Shown: piece by piece, positions 1 through 9,207 of the stretch | How positions within the stretch are numbered: position 1 is the first letter of the stretch | Layout: every line of letters begins with the position of its first letter | Source of the DNA: a virus | Taxonomy: Duplodnaviria; Heunggongvirae; Uroviricota; Caudoviricetes | Virus record (IMG/VR): IMGVR_UViG_3300026737_000001 | Strand: one strand, 5' to 3' | Length of the DNA stretch: 40,273 nucleotides | Translations under genes and position numbers: made by a program | Notes under the pieces: model-generated | Told to the model about the DNA's origin: nothing | Database searches by the model: none | Seen by the model: the letters and a program-made list of their open reading frames with translations, nothing else

Positions 1-136
1 AAAAAGTAGTTTTATAGAAAATTGGGAGGATATTATATTTTTTAAGAAATATTTAATTGCATTAAAAGATATCGGCATTCATCCAGAGGGCAAGCCCATC
101 TGGTTTTCTGTCGATAAAATCTATAACCTCCCTATG

Positions 137-313
137 TTATTTCTCTATAGTATTCATTAGATATTTATACTTTTCTTCTATCTCCCTATCCTCTTTACTA
201 TGCTTAATCCTTATGTTAGTTTCAATCTCTCCCTCTTTAACTTCCCTATTAGATATTCTATCCTCATATATCTTCATTGCCTTTTTTAGATTATCTCTCT
301 TCTTTTTATTCAT
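137..313 (-). CDS. small hypothetical protein (58 aa, MNKKKRDNLKK...)
   Basis: Open frame read by hand, below the ORF-track cutoff; its start overlaps the end of 306..515. Confidence 0.55.
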   Translation of the reverse strand: MNKKKRDNLKKAMKIYEDRISNREVKEGEIETNIRIKHSKEDREIEEKYKYLMNTIEK

Positions 314-515
314 GTCTAATCTTATCCGATACTATCTCCTCTAAACAACTAGCTAAATCTCTAACTTCTAAGCTACCACATTCTGGACATCTTTTTACAG
401 TCTCCTTAACAGTCCAAAATATAAGACCATTCTTTCTAGTCATTTCTGGAAAATCCTTGCCTATATATCCACATTCCTGACATACATCTTTTTCTTCATT
501 ACTGAAAATATTCAT
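306..515 (-). CDS. small zinc-ribbon protein
   Basis: CQECG...CPECGS pairs; GGAGG upstream. Confidence 0.7.
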   Translation of the reverse strand: MNIFSNEEKDVCQECGYIGKDFPEMTRKNGLIFWTVKETVKRCPECGSLEVRDLASCLEEIVSDKIRHE

Positions 516-798
516 CGCTATCCCTCCAGCACCTATCTATTTTCTCTTTACTACATCCATCTCTACTTACATTAATATTTAACTCTCTATAATAATTAGA
601 ACAATAATCTCTATTAATATAAGCCCAAGACCTTCTAGGTTTATCTCCCTGTCCATAATATGGTCCAGTCTGTATCCAACATCTCCTATATTTCTTACCT
701 TCTATAGATGTATATTTATATTCTGGTTCCTCTTTTAATAGTATGATACCTTTTTCTTCTTTATTAGGTCTAAATAAATCTAATAATATATCAAACAT
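499..798 (-). CDS. hypothetical protein
   Basis: ORF in a tightly packed minus-strand operon; GGGGG-type RBS. Confidence 0.65.
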   Translation of the reverse strand: MFDILLDLFRPNKEEKGIILLKEEPEYKYTSIEGKKYRRCWIQTGPYYGQGDKPRRSWAYINRDYCSNYYRELNINVSRDGCSKEKIDRCWRDSDEYFQ

Positions 799-799
799 T

Positions 800-988
800 C
801 TACACCCCCTCTATATAATCAAATGGTAGAAATAGAGGCTCCTCCGAACTATCTATTGAAACTATACATGCTGTAAAAGTTATACCTTCATATATTGATA
901 CTACATACCCCTCCTCACCTAAATGCTCATCTCCATCTACTATCCTACACTTATAGGATTTATCCTTATGCCTACTCATCTTAATCAT
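800..988 (-). CDS. hypothetical protein
   Basis: Packed in the operon, overlaps the upstream stop. Confidence 0.6.
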   Translation of the reverse strand: MIKMSRHKDKSYKCRIVDGDEHLGEEGYVVSIYEGITFTACIVSIDSSEEPLFLPFDYIEGV

Positions 989-1232
989 TGATTAAACTCT
1001 CAAAGGTATCAATCTCAATAACCTTTAAATCAAATTCCTTTGCTCTATCCTCCAACTCATCAACTGAAACTTCAAAACTACTTGCTAACTCTTTAATCTT
1101 CTCATTTCTAATCTCTAATTCACAGCTAGGACATAACCCACTATCATAACCTACAGATATTACTTTTCTTTCACATCTCTCACATTTAATTCTATTATCA
1201 GGACTTGTTGAAACTCTTCTAGCTTGACTCAT
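981..1232 (-). CDS. zinc-finger protein (likely start MSQARR)
   Basis: CERC...CPSC; RBS GAGGGG before the ATG at 1232. Confidence 0.65.
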   Translation of the reverse strand: MSQARRVSTSPDNRIKCERCERKVISVGYDSGLCPSCELEIRNEKIKELASSFEVSVDELEDRAKEFDLKVIEIDTFESLIND

Positions 1233-1273
1233 TATTATAACCCCTCTCTTTTCAAATAACACTTTTTTCAAGT

Positions 1274-1465
1274 CTAATATTCTTCTATTGGGTTGTGGCA
1301 ATAACCTTCTGGTAATCTAACAACTTTTCCGAGTTCTTTATCGTTATCTTTTACTATTTCTATAATGTTTTCAGCATTGATATCTTTAGTTTTATGTCTT
1401 GAGTGACCAGATAATCTTTTGTATTCTTTAATTCTATAAAAACGCTCGTTTGAATAGTAGCTCAT
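1274..1465 (-). CDS. hypothetical protein
   Basis: GGAGTG RBS. Confidence 0.6.
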   Translation of the reverse strand: MSYYSNERFYRIKEYKRLSGHSRHKTKDINAENIIEIVKDNDKELGKVVRLPEGYCHNPIEEY

Positions 1466-1475
1466 AAAATCACTC

Positions 1476-1685
1476 CTATCTAAATATTTTTAACGCTTTG
1501 TTTAATCCCGCAAGATATCCGTCTTTCCATTCTGACCCTTTGTTTTTTATATCTTTTTTGGTGTTTTTTATTTCAATTTTTAACTTTTTTATTTTCTTAG
1601 ACTCTCTGCACTCATCACAAATTGTCATTTCTTTCTTATCAAAGTTATCAGTTATTATCCTTTTGCCACAGAGACTACAAATCAT
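1476..1685 (-). CDS. small zinc-binding protein
   Basis: CSLC...CDEC; GGAGTG RBS. Confidence 0.65.
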   Translation of the reverse strand: MICSLCGKRIITDNFDKKEMTICDECRESKKIKKLKIEIKNTKKDIKNKGSEWKDGYLAGLNKALKIFR

Positions 1686-1696
1686 AAAATCACTCC

Positions 1697-2119
1697 TTAA
1701 TATATTATTTGGCAGACATCATTTGGGTATACTTTTCTAATATAGTCTAAAGTTGGTCCTGTTATTCCATGCTTTTTAATAATTCTGGCAATATATACAG
1801 TTTCATTCTTACATTCTTCCCTTGTTATGAATATAACTTCATAAGTGTCTTCATTCTTTGTTTTAAACCTGTCACCCACGGAAAGTTCTGTTGCATTTTT
1901 CCTTTTAGACAGGTGTTCTTCTGTTGTGAAAAGTGTTCTGTCCTTATTATTTGGGGTAGTGTAGACAATTCCATAAGGTTTATCAGACTCCTTAATTACA
2001 GCAACAACAGTTGCCTTCATTCTTTTTTGAAACATAACAGGTTCTCCTTCGCTAAATTTCATCTTAAATTCCTCCTCTGGTATAACTTTTAAAAAATTTC
2101 CTCCTACAATAATCGGCAT
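1697..2119 (-). CDS. hypothetical protein, two SH3-like repeats (alternative start at 2062)
   Basis: FSEGEPV...VVAV and LSVGDRF...VIFI beta-barrel-like repeats; GGAGG before both starts. Confidence 0.65.
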   Translation of the reverse strand: MPIIVGGNFLKVIPEEEFKMKFSEGEPVMFQKRMKATVVAVIKESDKPYGIVYTTPNNKDRTLFTTEEHLSKRKNATELSVGDRFKTKNEDTYEVIFITREECKNETVYIARIIKKHGITGPTLDYIRKVYPNDVCQIIY

Positions 2120-2131
2120 TTATTTACCTCC

Positions 2132-2911
2132 TTATACAGCTGTATTTTTAACCTCATCAAGTAAGTTTATTGTTATTCTAAGTGCATATTCTAATAAATT
2201 GTTTTCTTGTAGATAGTCAATAACTTTCATACTTCTATTTCTGGCCCGGACTTGAAGATTCATACAACGATTATTATTAATTGTTTTATAAACTTTATTA
2301 TATGCATACTTATAAGGAATTTTAGCTTTAGCTGCATACTCTCTAACAGCCTGGTTAAATTGCTGTCTTGTAGTTGATGTATCATCTACCATAATAGCAC
2401 TGGATACCTGCTTTAATTCTTTTTCATGTGTATCCTGTCGTGATTTAATAATATCCATTTTTTCATTTTGTTCTCTAAGTGCGTCAACCATGGTCTGTAA
2501 AATATCTACACTGCTAAAGTCTTCTTTTGTAACCACTACCTTACCTGTCCTTCTTAATTCTTTGATTACTTCTCTGGCAAAATCTCTAAATTCCTGTGCT
2601 TTAGGCTGACCTGATAAGAATCTTACTTCAAGTATTCCGTCTTCGGTAAAAACCTTGGTATTTCTTTTTACTTCACGGCTTCCCTCAACCGACATCAATT
2701 TGATGTCAGTTGAAAATTTCTTATCTCTAAGCCTTGTGTTTCTACTAATTAAATTATTTATTGCCCTTCTTGGCTTTGAATACTCTAAAGCTCTTCCCAA
2801 CTGTTCTGCTGTCATATAGATTTCATCAGAGTATTTGTCTTCGTAAAAATCACACTCAACCATGCCAAACTTATCTTGTCTTACTTTTTTTAAATCAATT
2901 AATTCTCCCAT
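2132..2911 (-). CDS. BRO-N domain antirepressor-like DNA-binding protein
   Basis: MTAEQLGRALEY...VFTEDGILEV..LSGQPKAQEFR BRO-N signature, followed by a coiled coil and a C-terminal helical domain. Confidence 0.85.
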   Translation of the reverse strand: MGELIDLKKVRQDKFGMVECDFYEDKYSDEIYMTAEQLGRALEYSKPRRAINNLISRNTRLRDKKFSTDIKLMSVEGSREVKRNTKVFTEDGILEVRFLSGQPKAQEFRDFAREVIKELRRTGKVVVTKEDFSSVDILQTMVDALREQNEKMDIIKSRQDTHEKELKQVSSAIMVDDTSTTRQQFNQAVREYAAKAKIPYKYAYNKVYKTINNNRCMNLQVRARNRSMKVIDYLQENNLLEYALRITINLLDEVKNTAV

Positions 2912-2967
2912 TTTAAATCACTCCTGTTTTAGAATTTTAAAAACTTATTCTTCCTGATTGATATAAG

Positions 2968-3405
2968 CTATAGTGAATATACTATAAACTCAAACTTATC
3001 TTCAACCTCAAAACTCTGTAATATTTTTTTAATTTTAGACCAACTACCTTTACCTAAACCAGCACCTATACAGGGTATAGCGACCTTCTTAAAACCATAC
3101 TTTAAACATAAATCTTTGACTTTACGAACAATTTCTTTGAATTTGCTATAATTAAATCTTTTGTGCTTTTTACCATAATAAACTTGAGTGAAAGCATTGA
3201 TTATAAGCTTACTGCCGACATCAACAGCTTGTATTTTACCTATCAAGTTATTATCCGGACAGTACTTACTATATTCCTCAAATACAACAGGCCATTTAGT
3301 CTTAATTTGCTTGGCCACACCAGCACCCATAACTCCTTGACAGTTACAGCCGTGCATAATAACAAGTTCTTCAGCTTTAAGAAGGTCACCAGTTCTTGCT
3401 TTCAT
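2968..3405 (-). CDS. macrodomain ADP-ribosylhydrolase (Poa1p/DarG/TARG1-like)
   Basis: GDLL...HGCNCQGVMGAGVA...IINAFTQ...AIPCIGAGLGKGSW motifs. Confidence 0.9.
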   Translation of the reverse strand: MKARTGDLLKAEELVIMHGCNCQGVMGAGVAKQIKTKWPVVFEEYSKYCPDNNLIGKIQAVDVGSKLIINAFTQVYYGKKHKRFNYSKFKEIVRKVKDLCLKYGFKKVAIPCIGAGLGKGSWSKIKKILQSFEVEDKFEFIVYSL

Positions 3406-3416
3406 TAAATAACCCC

Positions 3417-3917
3417 CTATTCATTTATTTTTAAATAATATACTTTTTCTGCTCCTTTTTCATGTTCTTCACACAAAACTGTTTCTTTAAAATGTCTTCC
3501 AGGAATTTTTCTTGCATATCCAACACCAAAACTATATTTTCTTAAACCTTTAACATCTGTTAAGTCCCCCTCTTCTTTATTGAAAAGAAATTCTTCTGAC
3601 TGTTCTTTTATAAACTCCTGTATATTTTTGTAATCTTTGAACGGTGATATAATAATTAAATTGCTGTATCTTAAATTATCATAATCAACATCTGGTGTAG
3701 CTTGCGCCTCTTCTAATGTTGATATATTAAAAAATCTACCAAACTTGTCACAGGCTATAGTTAAAAACCTCAGCTCTCCATGTTCGTTTTCAAAATGAGC
3801 ATTTAACACACCTCTTTCAAAAACATCTTCTGTAAAATTATAAACTTCGTCTTCGTAAATACTATAAAAATCATCTAATAACTTTTGCTTGTGTTCTTCT
3901 GTTTCAAAATATTCCAT
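3417..3917 (-). CDS. hypothetical protein
   Basis: ORF with GGAGG RBS. Confidence 0.7.
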   Translation of the reverse strand: MEYFETEEHKQKLLDDFYSIYEDEVYNFTEDVFERGVLNAHFENEHGELRFLTIACDKFGRFFNISTLEEAQATPDVDYDNLRYSNLIIISPFKDYKNIQEFIKEQSEEFLFNKEEGDLTDVKGLRKYSFGVGYARKIPGRHFKETVLCEEHEKGAEKVYYLKINE

Positions 3918-3928
3918 TTTTGCCCCTC

Positions 3929-4294
3929 CTAGAGTTTATAAAGTGAAAGATTCCAGGCGTTGCCCAACTCATAGTAATAACCGTATCTATCTAAAAGCTG
4001 ATTAAACGCCTCAGCAAAGTTAGAATTTCGGCTGTAACCGTTAATTACATCATATATTGAGCCACACCCCTCAAAAGTCATCGTGATGGATTCATCATTA
4101 GCATAGTCACAATAGTCAGAGCCTTTAAAACCTTCTTCTTCTATCCAGCCCCCTCTATCATTAGTAGTAAAGCACTGCAATCTTTTGCCGTTAAAATATA
4201 TAGCTGTATCACTGTCGTAGTAATAATCAGATAACAACTTAGCTATCTTATGTGCCAGAACATCAATCTTTACTTTGTGACCTTTCTTTATCAT
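3929..4294 (-). CDS. hypothetical protein
   Basis: GGAGG RBS; aromatic-rich C-terminus YYYELGNAWNL. Confidence 0.7.
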   Translation of the reverse strand: MIKKGHKVKIDVLAHKIAKLLSDYYYDSDTAIYFNGKRLQCFTTNDRGGWIEEEGFKGSDYCDYANDESITMTFEGCGSIYDVINGYSRNSNFAEAFNQLLDRYGYYYELGNAWNLSLYKL

Positions 4295-4296
4295 CT

Positions 4297-4671
4297 TTAC
4301 AGCCTCCTAGCTTTAATTACATTGGGATTATCTGGTTGTTTTTCAGACTTACTCCAGCACCATATCCAACTACCTATAGGATAAAGCGCAATTCTTTTAC
4401 CAGCTTCTGTTTCTATATATATAGCCTCGAATTCTAAATCGGCATTTCTTGTTCCTAAAATAAACATATCTTTTTCTTCATCATATTCATAAGATAAAAA
4501 ATAATCCTGAGTTAAATCAGCGTCTAAAGTTTCTTCCACAATATCTGTTGCTACATCTTCAGTAAAAAATGGACACTCAAATCCGTTCCAGTAATCACCA
4601 AATGAATACCCTTTTACTTTATACATTCCATCAATTTCAAAAATTTCTTCTTTTAATTTAATATAGCTCAT
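4297..4671 (-). CDS. hypothetical protein (WNGF..PFF / YPIG..W.W type)
   Basis: ORF with a GGGGG-type RBS. Confidence 0.7.
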   Translation of the reverse strand: MSYIKLKEEIFEIDGMYKVKGYSFGDYWNGFECPFFTEDVATDIVEETLDADLTQDYFLSYEYDEEKDMFILGTRNADLEFEAIYIETEAGKRIALYPIGSWIWCWSKSEKQPDNPNVIKARRL

Positions 4672-4724
4672 AATAGCCCCCTAACGGTGTTTTTCTACTT
4701 CCAACTCCTGCATAAAGTAACATC

Positions 4725-5168
4725 TTATTTCTCCTCTCTAAAATACTTTCTTAACTGCATTAGATACTTACCGAGATAGTTTTTGCCTTCTTTTTTAGTT
4801 CTGAAGTCATTACCCCAATAATTGTCCCTCCAGGTATTTCCCTCAATGAGTTCAGCCTCACCTGTGCCCAAAAGCTTGTCAATCAGGGCTGGATTCTGGG
4901 CAAACTTTTCGTATAAACCTCTTTTCATAACTTTATGTCTTTTTTTATCCCAACCTTTCCTTAAATTAACCCTGCGGCCGAGCTTTTTGGCTTTAGAAGG
5001 AGTTACAGCAGAAGCAATCTCTTGCCGTTCCTTATTATCTAAAACCTTCATTGCTTGAAAAAAGTGCTCATTTGTAGGATAATAAATACCCTCATATTCG
5101 AAACCGTGGTCGCTGAAGTTGCTTAAGAAATAGTACTCATCCCGAAATTCCTCAATTTTATCTGGCAT
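4725..5168 (-). CDS. NADAR (YbiA/DUF1768) family protein
   Basis: FLSNF...YPTNEHFFQAMK...AKKLGR...KFAQNP.L...LLGTG...LIEGN.W.D.YWG...GKNYLG..LM motifs. Confidence 0.92.
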   Translation of the reverse strand: MPDKIEEFRDEYYFLSNFSDHGFEYEGIYYPTNEHFFQAMKVLDNKERQEIASAVTPSKAKKLGRRVNLRKGWDKKRHKVMKRGLYEKFAQNPALIDKLLGTGEAELIEGNTWRDNYWGNDFRTKKEGKNYLGKYLMQLRKYFREEK

Positions 5169-5179
5169 AAAACCACTCC

Positions 5180-5416
5180 TTATTTTATGATAGCCTTCTT
5201 ATACTCAGCAACCGTCTGAGCCTTAGCTCTTAGCATATCTTCTTTTCTAAACTTAAGAGTTATCATCTCATCTGCATAACAATCAGGGCAAACCATACCA
5301 TCAAAGTTTTGATACTCTTTTTTTAAGTCACCCACATCCTCTGTAATAGCAGGGTCAATATTAACAAGCTCTTCCTGCTCTTTTTCTGCCTTACATAAAT
5401 CACAATTTGTTAACAT
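5180..5416 (-). CDS. zinc-binding hypothetical protein
   Basis: CDLC...CPDC. Confidence 0.65.
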   Translation of the reverse strand: MLTNCDLCKAEKEQEELVNIDPAITEDVGDLKKEYQNFDGMVCPDCYADEMITLKFRKEDMLRAKAQTVAEYKKAIIK

Positions 5417-5418
5417 CT

Positions 5419-5739
5419 TTAAACTCCCCCCTGTGCTAAAACATCAAATAAACCTTCTAACAGTTCCATAACAGAGCCACTTTTATATATACTATTGTTT
5501 TTACCTTGTATATATTCAACAGCACTTTTTTTATTCTCAAAACAGCCTATGTCTGAGCCTGAGCCTTTGCCAAATAAATATTTTCCTTCTCTCCAAAGAA
5601 AAGCACCATCTCTTTCTGAAAAAACTAAAAAATAAACATCATCATTTATTATTGCTGCATAATGACTATTTTCTATTTCTAAGCCGCTTAAATCATATAA
5701 AGTAACAGTATTTACATCTTCTACTACTTTCTGAAACAT
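5419..5739 (-). CDS. hypothetical protein, paralog family copy 1
   Basis: Similar to 5770..6105 and 6428..6745. Confidence 0.7.
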   Translation of the reverse strand: MFQKVVEDVNTVTLYDLSGLEIENSHYAAIINDDVYFLVFSERDGAFLWREGKYLFGKGSGSDIGCFENKKSAVEYIQGKNNSIYKSGSVMELLEGLFDVLAQGGV

Positions 5740-5769
5740 AAAATCACTCCTTTTTCCTGATAGACAAAA

Positions 5770-6105
5770 TTAAACACTAAAATAATTAGACATACCAACA
5801 ATTAAAGAAGTTAATGACCTATCCATATAAATGCTAACATTATTTTTAATACTGTCATCTACATCTACCCACAACCCCAAAGCACCTATAACGTCATCAT
5901 AATTCTTATAAGAACACAACTGATAGCTATTGTGAGTGTTCAACCTCTCAAATCTTTTCCAGTAATACTTCTTATGATGACTATCATAGCATAATATAAA
6001 AGCTTTACCATCTTCTATAACCCCAAAATTGTAACTATTAAAATGAGAACCACTTAAAGAATTTAAAGGTATACTCTCAACTTTGTCACTTATGATTTTC
6101 TTCAT
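5770..6105 (-). CDS. hypothetical protein, paralog family copy 2
   Basis: VESI..NS...FGVIED...FIL...YYW pattern shared with its neighbours. Confidence 0.7.
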   Translation of the reverse strand: MKKIISDKVESIPLNSLSGSHFNSYNFGVIEDGKAFILCYDSHHKKYYWKRFERLNTHNSYQLCSYKNYDDVIGALGLWVDVDDSIKNNVSIYMDRSLTSLIVGMSNYFSV

Positions 6106-6427
6106 ACAATACCCCTTCCGTTAGTTGTATAAACTAAACTTAACATATAAACAAATAAAAAGCAAGCTAAATCACAAAAAAACATCAGCACTTATAATAA
6201 CAGTGCTTAATTAGTCATAATTATTGTTGATGTAATAATTTACCAATTTAAGCTGAGCCGGCCGGGCCAGTCCAAAACATCTTATCCTGAATGATAAATA
6301 ATAAAAACAAACAATCTCTATAATTACTCCTTACCACCTACCTCTCATTAATTAAAATATATAAACAAGAACTCTATAAAGATTAATATTATAAACAAAA
6401 TCAAACTTAAATAAAAGATATTCAAAT

Positions 6428-6745
6428 CTAAAGCCCTCTCTTTTTTAAACTTAATAACTTATATAACAAACTATCAATATCATTACTACTATATAATATA
6501 CAATCCCTAGTCTCCTTACGCTTAATAACAAACTCTAATGCAGTCTCAATACTGTTATGCTTTAAATTATTGTTAGTATCAGTTTCTCCTAAAATAAAAT
6601 TTAAATCCTCCCAAGTATAAGAACCATCATCATTTAAAGTTAAAAGATATATGTGTGAGTCCTCTATTAATCCATACTTCCTATCTATAAAACTATTACT
6701 CTTAATACTTTCTACCTCTTCAACGTTTTTTAGTTCCATTAACAT
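6428..6745 (-). CDS. hypothetical protein, paralog family copy 3
   Basis: VESIKSNS...YGLIED..IYLL...YTW. Confidence 0.7.
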   Translation of the reverse strand: MLMELKNVEEVESIKSNSFIDRKYGLIEDSHIYLLTLNDDGSYTWEDLNFILGETDTNNNLKHNSIETALEFVIKRKETRDCILYSSNDIDSLLYKLLSLKKRGL

Positions 6746-6774
6746 ATTAAAACCCCTTTCGTATATTTATTTCA

Positions 6775-6822
6775 TATGTCGATTATTCTTACAACTTCGT
6801 ATGTCGATTATCCTTACAACCT
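6775..6822. repeat. 25-bp tandem duplication TATGTCGATTATYCTTACAAC
   Basis: Two copies, at 6775 and 6800. Confidence 0.8.
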
Positions 6823-6929
6823 ACCCTTATAATCCCTGTTACAACAAAGAAAGTGAAACCTAATTTGAAATTGAAAAGTTAAAAACTGAAATGAGAAAAA
6901 GTATAAACCCTCCTTTCTAGTGTAAAATG

Positions 6930-6938
6930 TGTGGATAA
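6930..6938 (-). promoter_or_regulatory. perfect DnaA box (TTATCCACA)
   Basis: TGTGGATAA on the plus strand, in non-coding DNA next to repeat arrays. Confidence 0.45.
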
Positions 6939-6969
6939 ACTTTTAATTTAGAGTGTTAAATATGCGGAT

Positions 6970-7040
6970 TAGCTTAAAACAATCTAAAATAGCTTGAAAC
7001 AATCTAAAATAGATTGAAATAATCTAAAATAGATTGAATT
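6970..7040. repeat. 20-bp-period AT-rich tandem repeat (AATCTAAAATAG[C/A]TTGAAA), ~3.5 copies
   Basis: Units start at 6981, 7001 and 7021. Confidence 0.9.
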
Positions 7041-7232
7041 TGAGACGTTAATTGTGTGGATTTAGATAGTCCCCGCTAAAGCCTACCTACCCCCTTCCTC
7101 TAACGCCTAAGCGTCTAGAATGGACGATTTAGCCCTTTTAAACGGCAATTACATCACTTCAAAGCCCCACGGCATAAAATAGGCCAGAAAAATAGAAGAG
7201 AGATGCGGATGGATAGCGTTTGAGGCTAGTTT

Positions 7233-7386
7233 ATGATGTTTTTCACGGCTTGAAACACAGATTATGCTGATTTCTACGCCTTGAAACACTAAAAATGGTG
7301 ATTTCCACGGTGTAAAGTATAAAAAATGGTGATTTCCACGGTGTAAAGTATAAAAAATGATGTAATATGCGGGTAAAAGCATAGAA
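7233..7386. repeat. 31-bp iteron-like array, 5 copies (ATGGTGATTTCCACGGTGTAAAGTATAAAAA type)
   Basis: Units at 7233, 7264, 7295, 7326 and 7357. Confidence 0.9.
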
Positions 7387-7591
7387 ATGAGCTTTAAAGG
7401 GAATAAAAAGGGAGAAATATAGGAATATTTAAAGGCTCCAGCTCAGCATTAGAGTTAAGGAGATGAAAAAAGGCTCATATACCGCCCGAAGCCCTTGAAT
7501 AAGCCCACATCGCTCGATTAGGAGTAGGATACTCCGTCACTTCGCTCTGTACGCCCGGATACGCTTGTTTTCATTCTACATTTTAGAATTT

Positions 7592-7684
7592 ATGGTGATT
7601 TTTACGGGTTGAAACATAAAAAATGGTGTTTTACACTGGTAAAATCATAAAAAATGGTGTTTTTTACGGGTAAAAGTATAAAAA
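7592..7684. repeat. 31-bp iteron-like array, 3 copies of the same family
   Basis: Units at 7592, 7623 and 7654. Confidence 0.9.
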
Positions 7685-7826
7685 GAGGGGCAAATTTAAG
7701 TGAAAAATTAGTATTTAAGGCCCCTCCCACTAAAATGTAGCCCACCTGCATGGTGTGTGTGAAGTTTAAAAAAGATTTTCTTTAGCAGAATGCGCATCTA
7801 ATCACACCCGCAGGGGGTGTTTTTGT

Positions 7827-8171
7827 CTAAAGATTAAATCTGCGTTCAAATATTTTACAGAGACCACCTACAATCAGCTTGAAATTTTCATAGTTCATTG
7901 GTTCGTTTAATCTTTTGTCTATGTCTACGGACAGTTGATATTCTTTCTTTGTTTGCTGGCCCGGGGTTGGTACCGGGAAGATATAATAAGCTCTGAAAGC
8001 TGTTATTTTATTGTTTTTGTTAAGGTTAGCTGTAATATATAAAGCTGAGTTATCTGTATAGTTACTATATTCTTTAGTATTATCAATCAGGGTGACAATC
8101 CGGCTTTCATCACTCATCCATTTATCTAATAATTTACTGTGTCCTTCTGGAATATATTCATATTCTGGCAT
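7827..8171 (-). CDS. hypothetical protein
   Basis: GGAGTG RBS. Confidence 0.7.
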   Translation of the reverse strand: MPEYEYIPEGHSKLLDKWMSDESRIVTLIDNTKEYSNYTDNSALYITANLNKNNKITAFRAYYIFPVPTPGQQTKKEYQLSVDIDKRLNEPMNYENFKLIVGGLCKIFERRFNL

Positions 8172-8184
8172 TAAATCACTCCCT

Positions 8185-8541
8185 TTAGCTTTTTTGATTA
8201 ACTCCTTCTTTGAAGCCTGAAAATAGTGAACCTACAGATTTACCTAATCTATAGCCTATAGTTTTCTTTTCCTCGTCATTATCAATTTGTTTTTCTTTCT
8301 CCATCTGTTTTTCCTTTTTCGACCACAACTTGACTAACTCCTCTGTTTTCTTCAGGTTGCCTTCTTCGACAGTTTTTATAGTTTCTTTTTTAATTAGCTC
8401 AATATACTCCTGGCTGTCCTGAAAGTCTGTTTCTTCTTTTACAACTGCGCTCTTATTTTTATTGTTTGACATTTTTTCTTCCTCCTTATAGTTTTTATAC
8501 AAAACGAACAAAAATCCTGCAACTAAAATCCAAAACAGCAA
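8185..8541 (-). CDS. membrane-anchored hypothetical protein
   Basis: N-terminal hydrophobic helix; GGAGTG RBS, TTG start. Confidence 0.7.
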   Translation of the reverse strand: MLFWILVAGFLFVLYKNYKEEEKMSNNKNKSAVVKEETDFQDSQEYIELIKKETIKTVEEGNLKKTEELVKLWSKKEKQMEKEKQIDNDEEKKTIGYRLGKSVGSLFSGFKEGVNQKS

Positions 8542-8553
8542 ATTACCACTCCT

Positions 8554-9045
8554 TTATTTTTGAGATTTAATTCTTTCGTCAAGTCTATTTGCTACCTTCT
8601 GAATGAACTTAGCCACCTGATGTTCCAACTTCTTGGACGGGAAGTTATAGTCGCCGAAGGAGACATTTGTGTTTAGGCTTACAGCCACGAGTGTGGTGAT
8701 AGTTCTTCCCTTGAAGGTACATTTGGTGTGGCCGTAGTAGTCTGTCTCGTCCCAGTCGCTTTCCTGCAGCTTTAAATAAGAATACTCAGCCTTTCCTGAT
8801 GGAAAAGTTAAAGAGACATCCATCTCTACACCGTAAATCTTATCATTTTCATCGGTCAGGAATTGATAAGGGACTTTCTTTGCTTTGGCCCGGGCGGAAT
8901 AATCCTTAAACTTTCTTTTAGACTTAGCTGTCAGCGGCACCTTTTCTATATTTTCCATAGTAACCTCAGCCACATCGTTCATAGCCAGTTCCAAAATCTC
9001 CTGCTCATTTGCAATACCTTTTTCTTTAAGTGTACTAAGTTTCAT
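8554..9045 (-). CDS. hypothetical protein
   Basis: GGAGTG RBS. Confidence 0.75.
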   Translation of the reverse strand: MKLSTLKEKGIANEQEILELAMNDVAEVTMENIEKVPLTAKSKRKFKDYSARAKAKKVPYQFLTDENDKIYGVEMDVSLTFPSGKAEYSYLKLQESDWDETDYYGHTKCTFKGRTITTLVAVSLNTNVSFGDYNFPSKKLEHQVAKFIQKVANRLDERIKSQK

Positions 9046-9105
9046 CTAAATCACTCCTTTTGATTTTTTGTAATCCTTGTTTTGACAACCTTCACGACTT
9101 AAAAC

Positions 9106-9201
9106 TTGAAAAATGGTTAGCTTTGTGCTATAATAATATTAGGTTAAAAGTTTAGTATAATAAACAAAACACTTGAAAAATGAAGTGGCTTGTGGTATAC
9201 T
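9106..9201 (+). promoter_or_regulatory. two tandem sigma-A-type extended -10 promoters
   Basis: TTGAAA(9106)-17 nt-TATAAT(9129) and TTGAAA(9173)-17 nt-TATACT(9196); both have TGn before the -10 and are followed by AATATTAGG. Confidence 0.8.
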
Positions 9202-9207
9202 AATATT

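Noticed and set aside
7149-7382. ORF across the 31-bp array
   Set aside because: A by-product of the repeats; no RBS.
7233-7684. CRISPR array
   Set aside because: The 31-bp units abut directly with no unique spacers, and there are no cas genes in the window.
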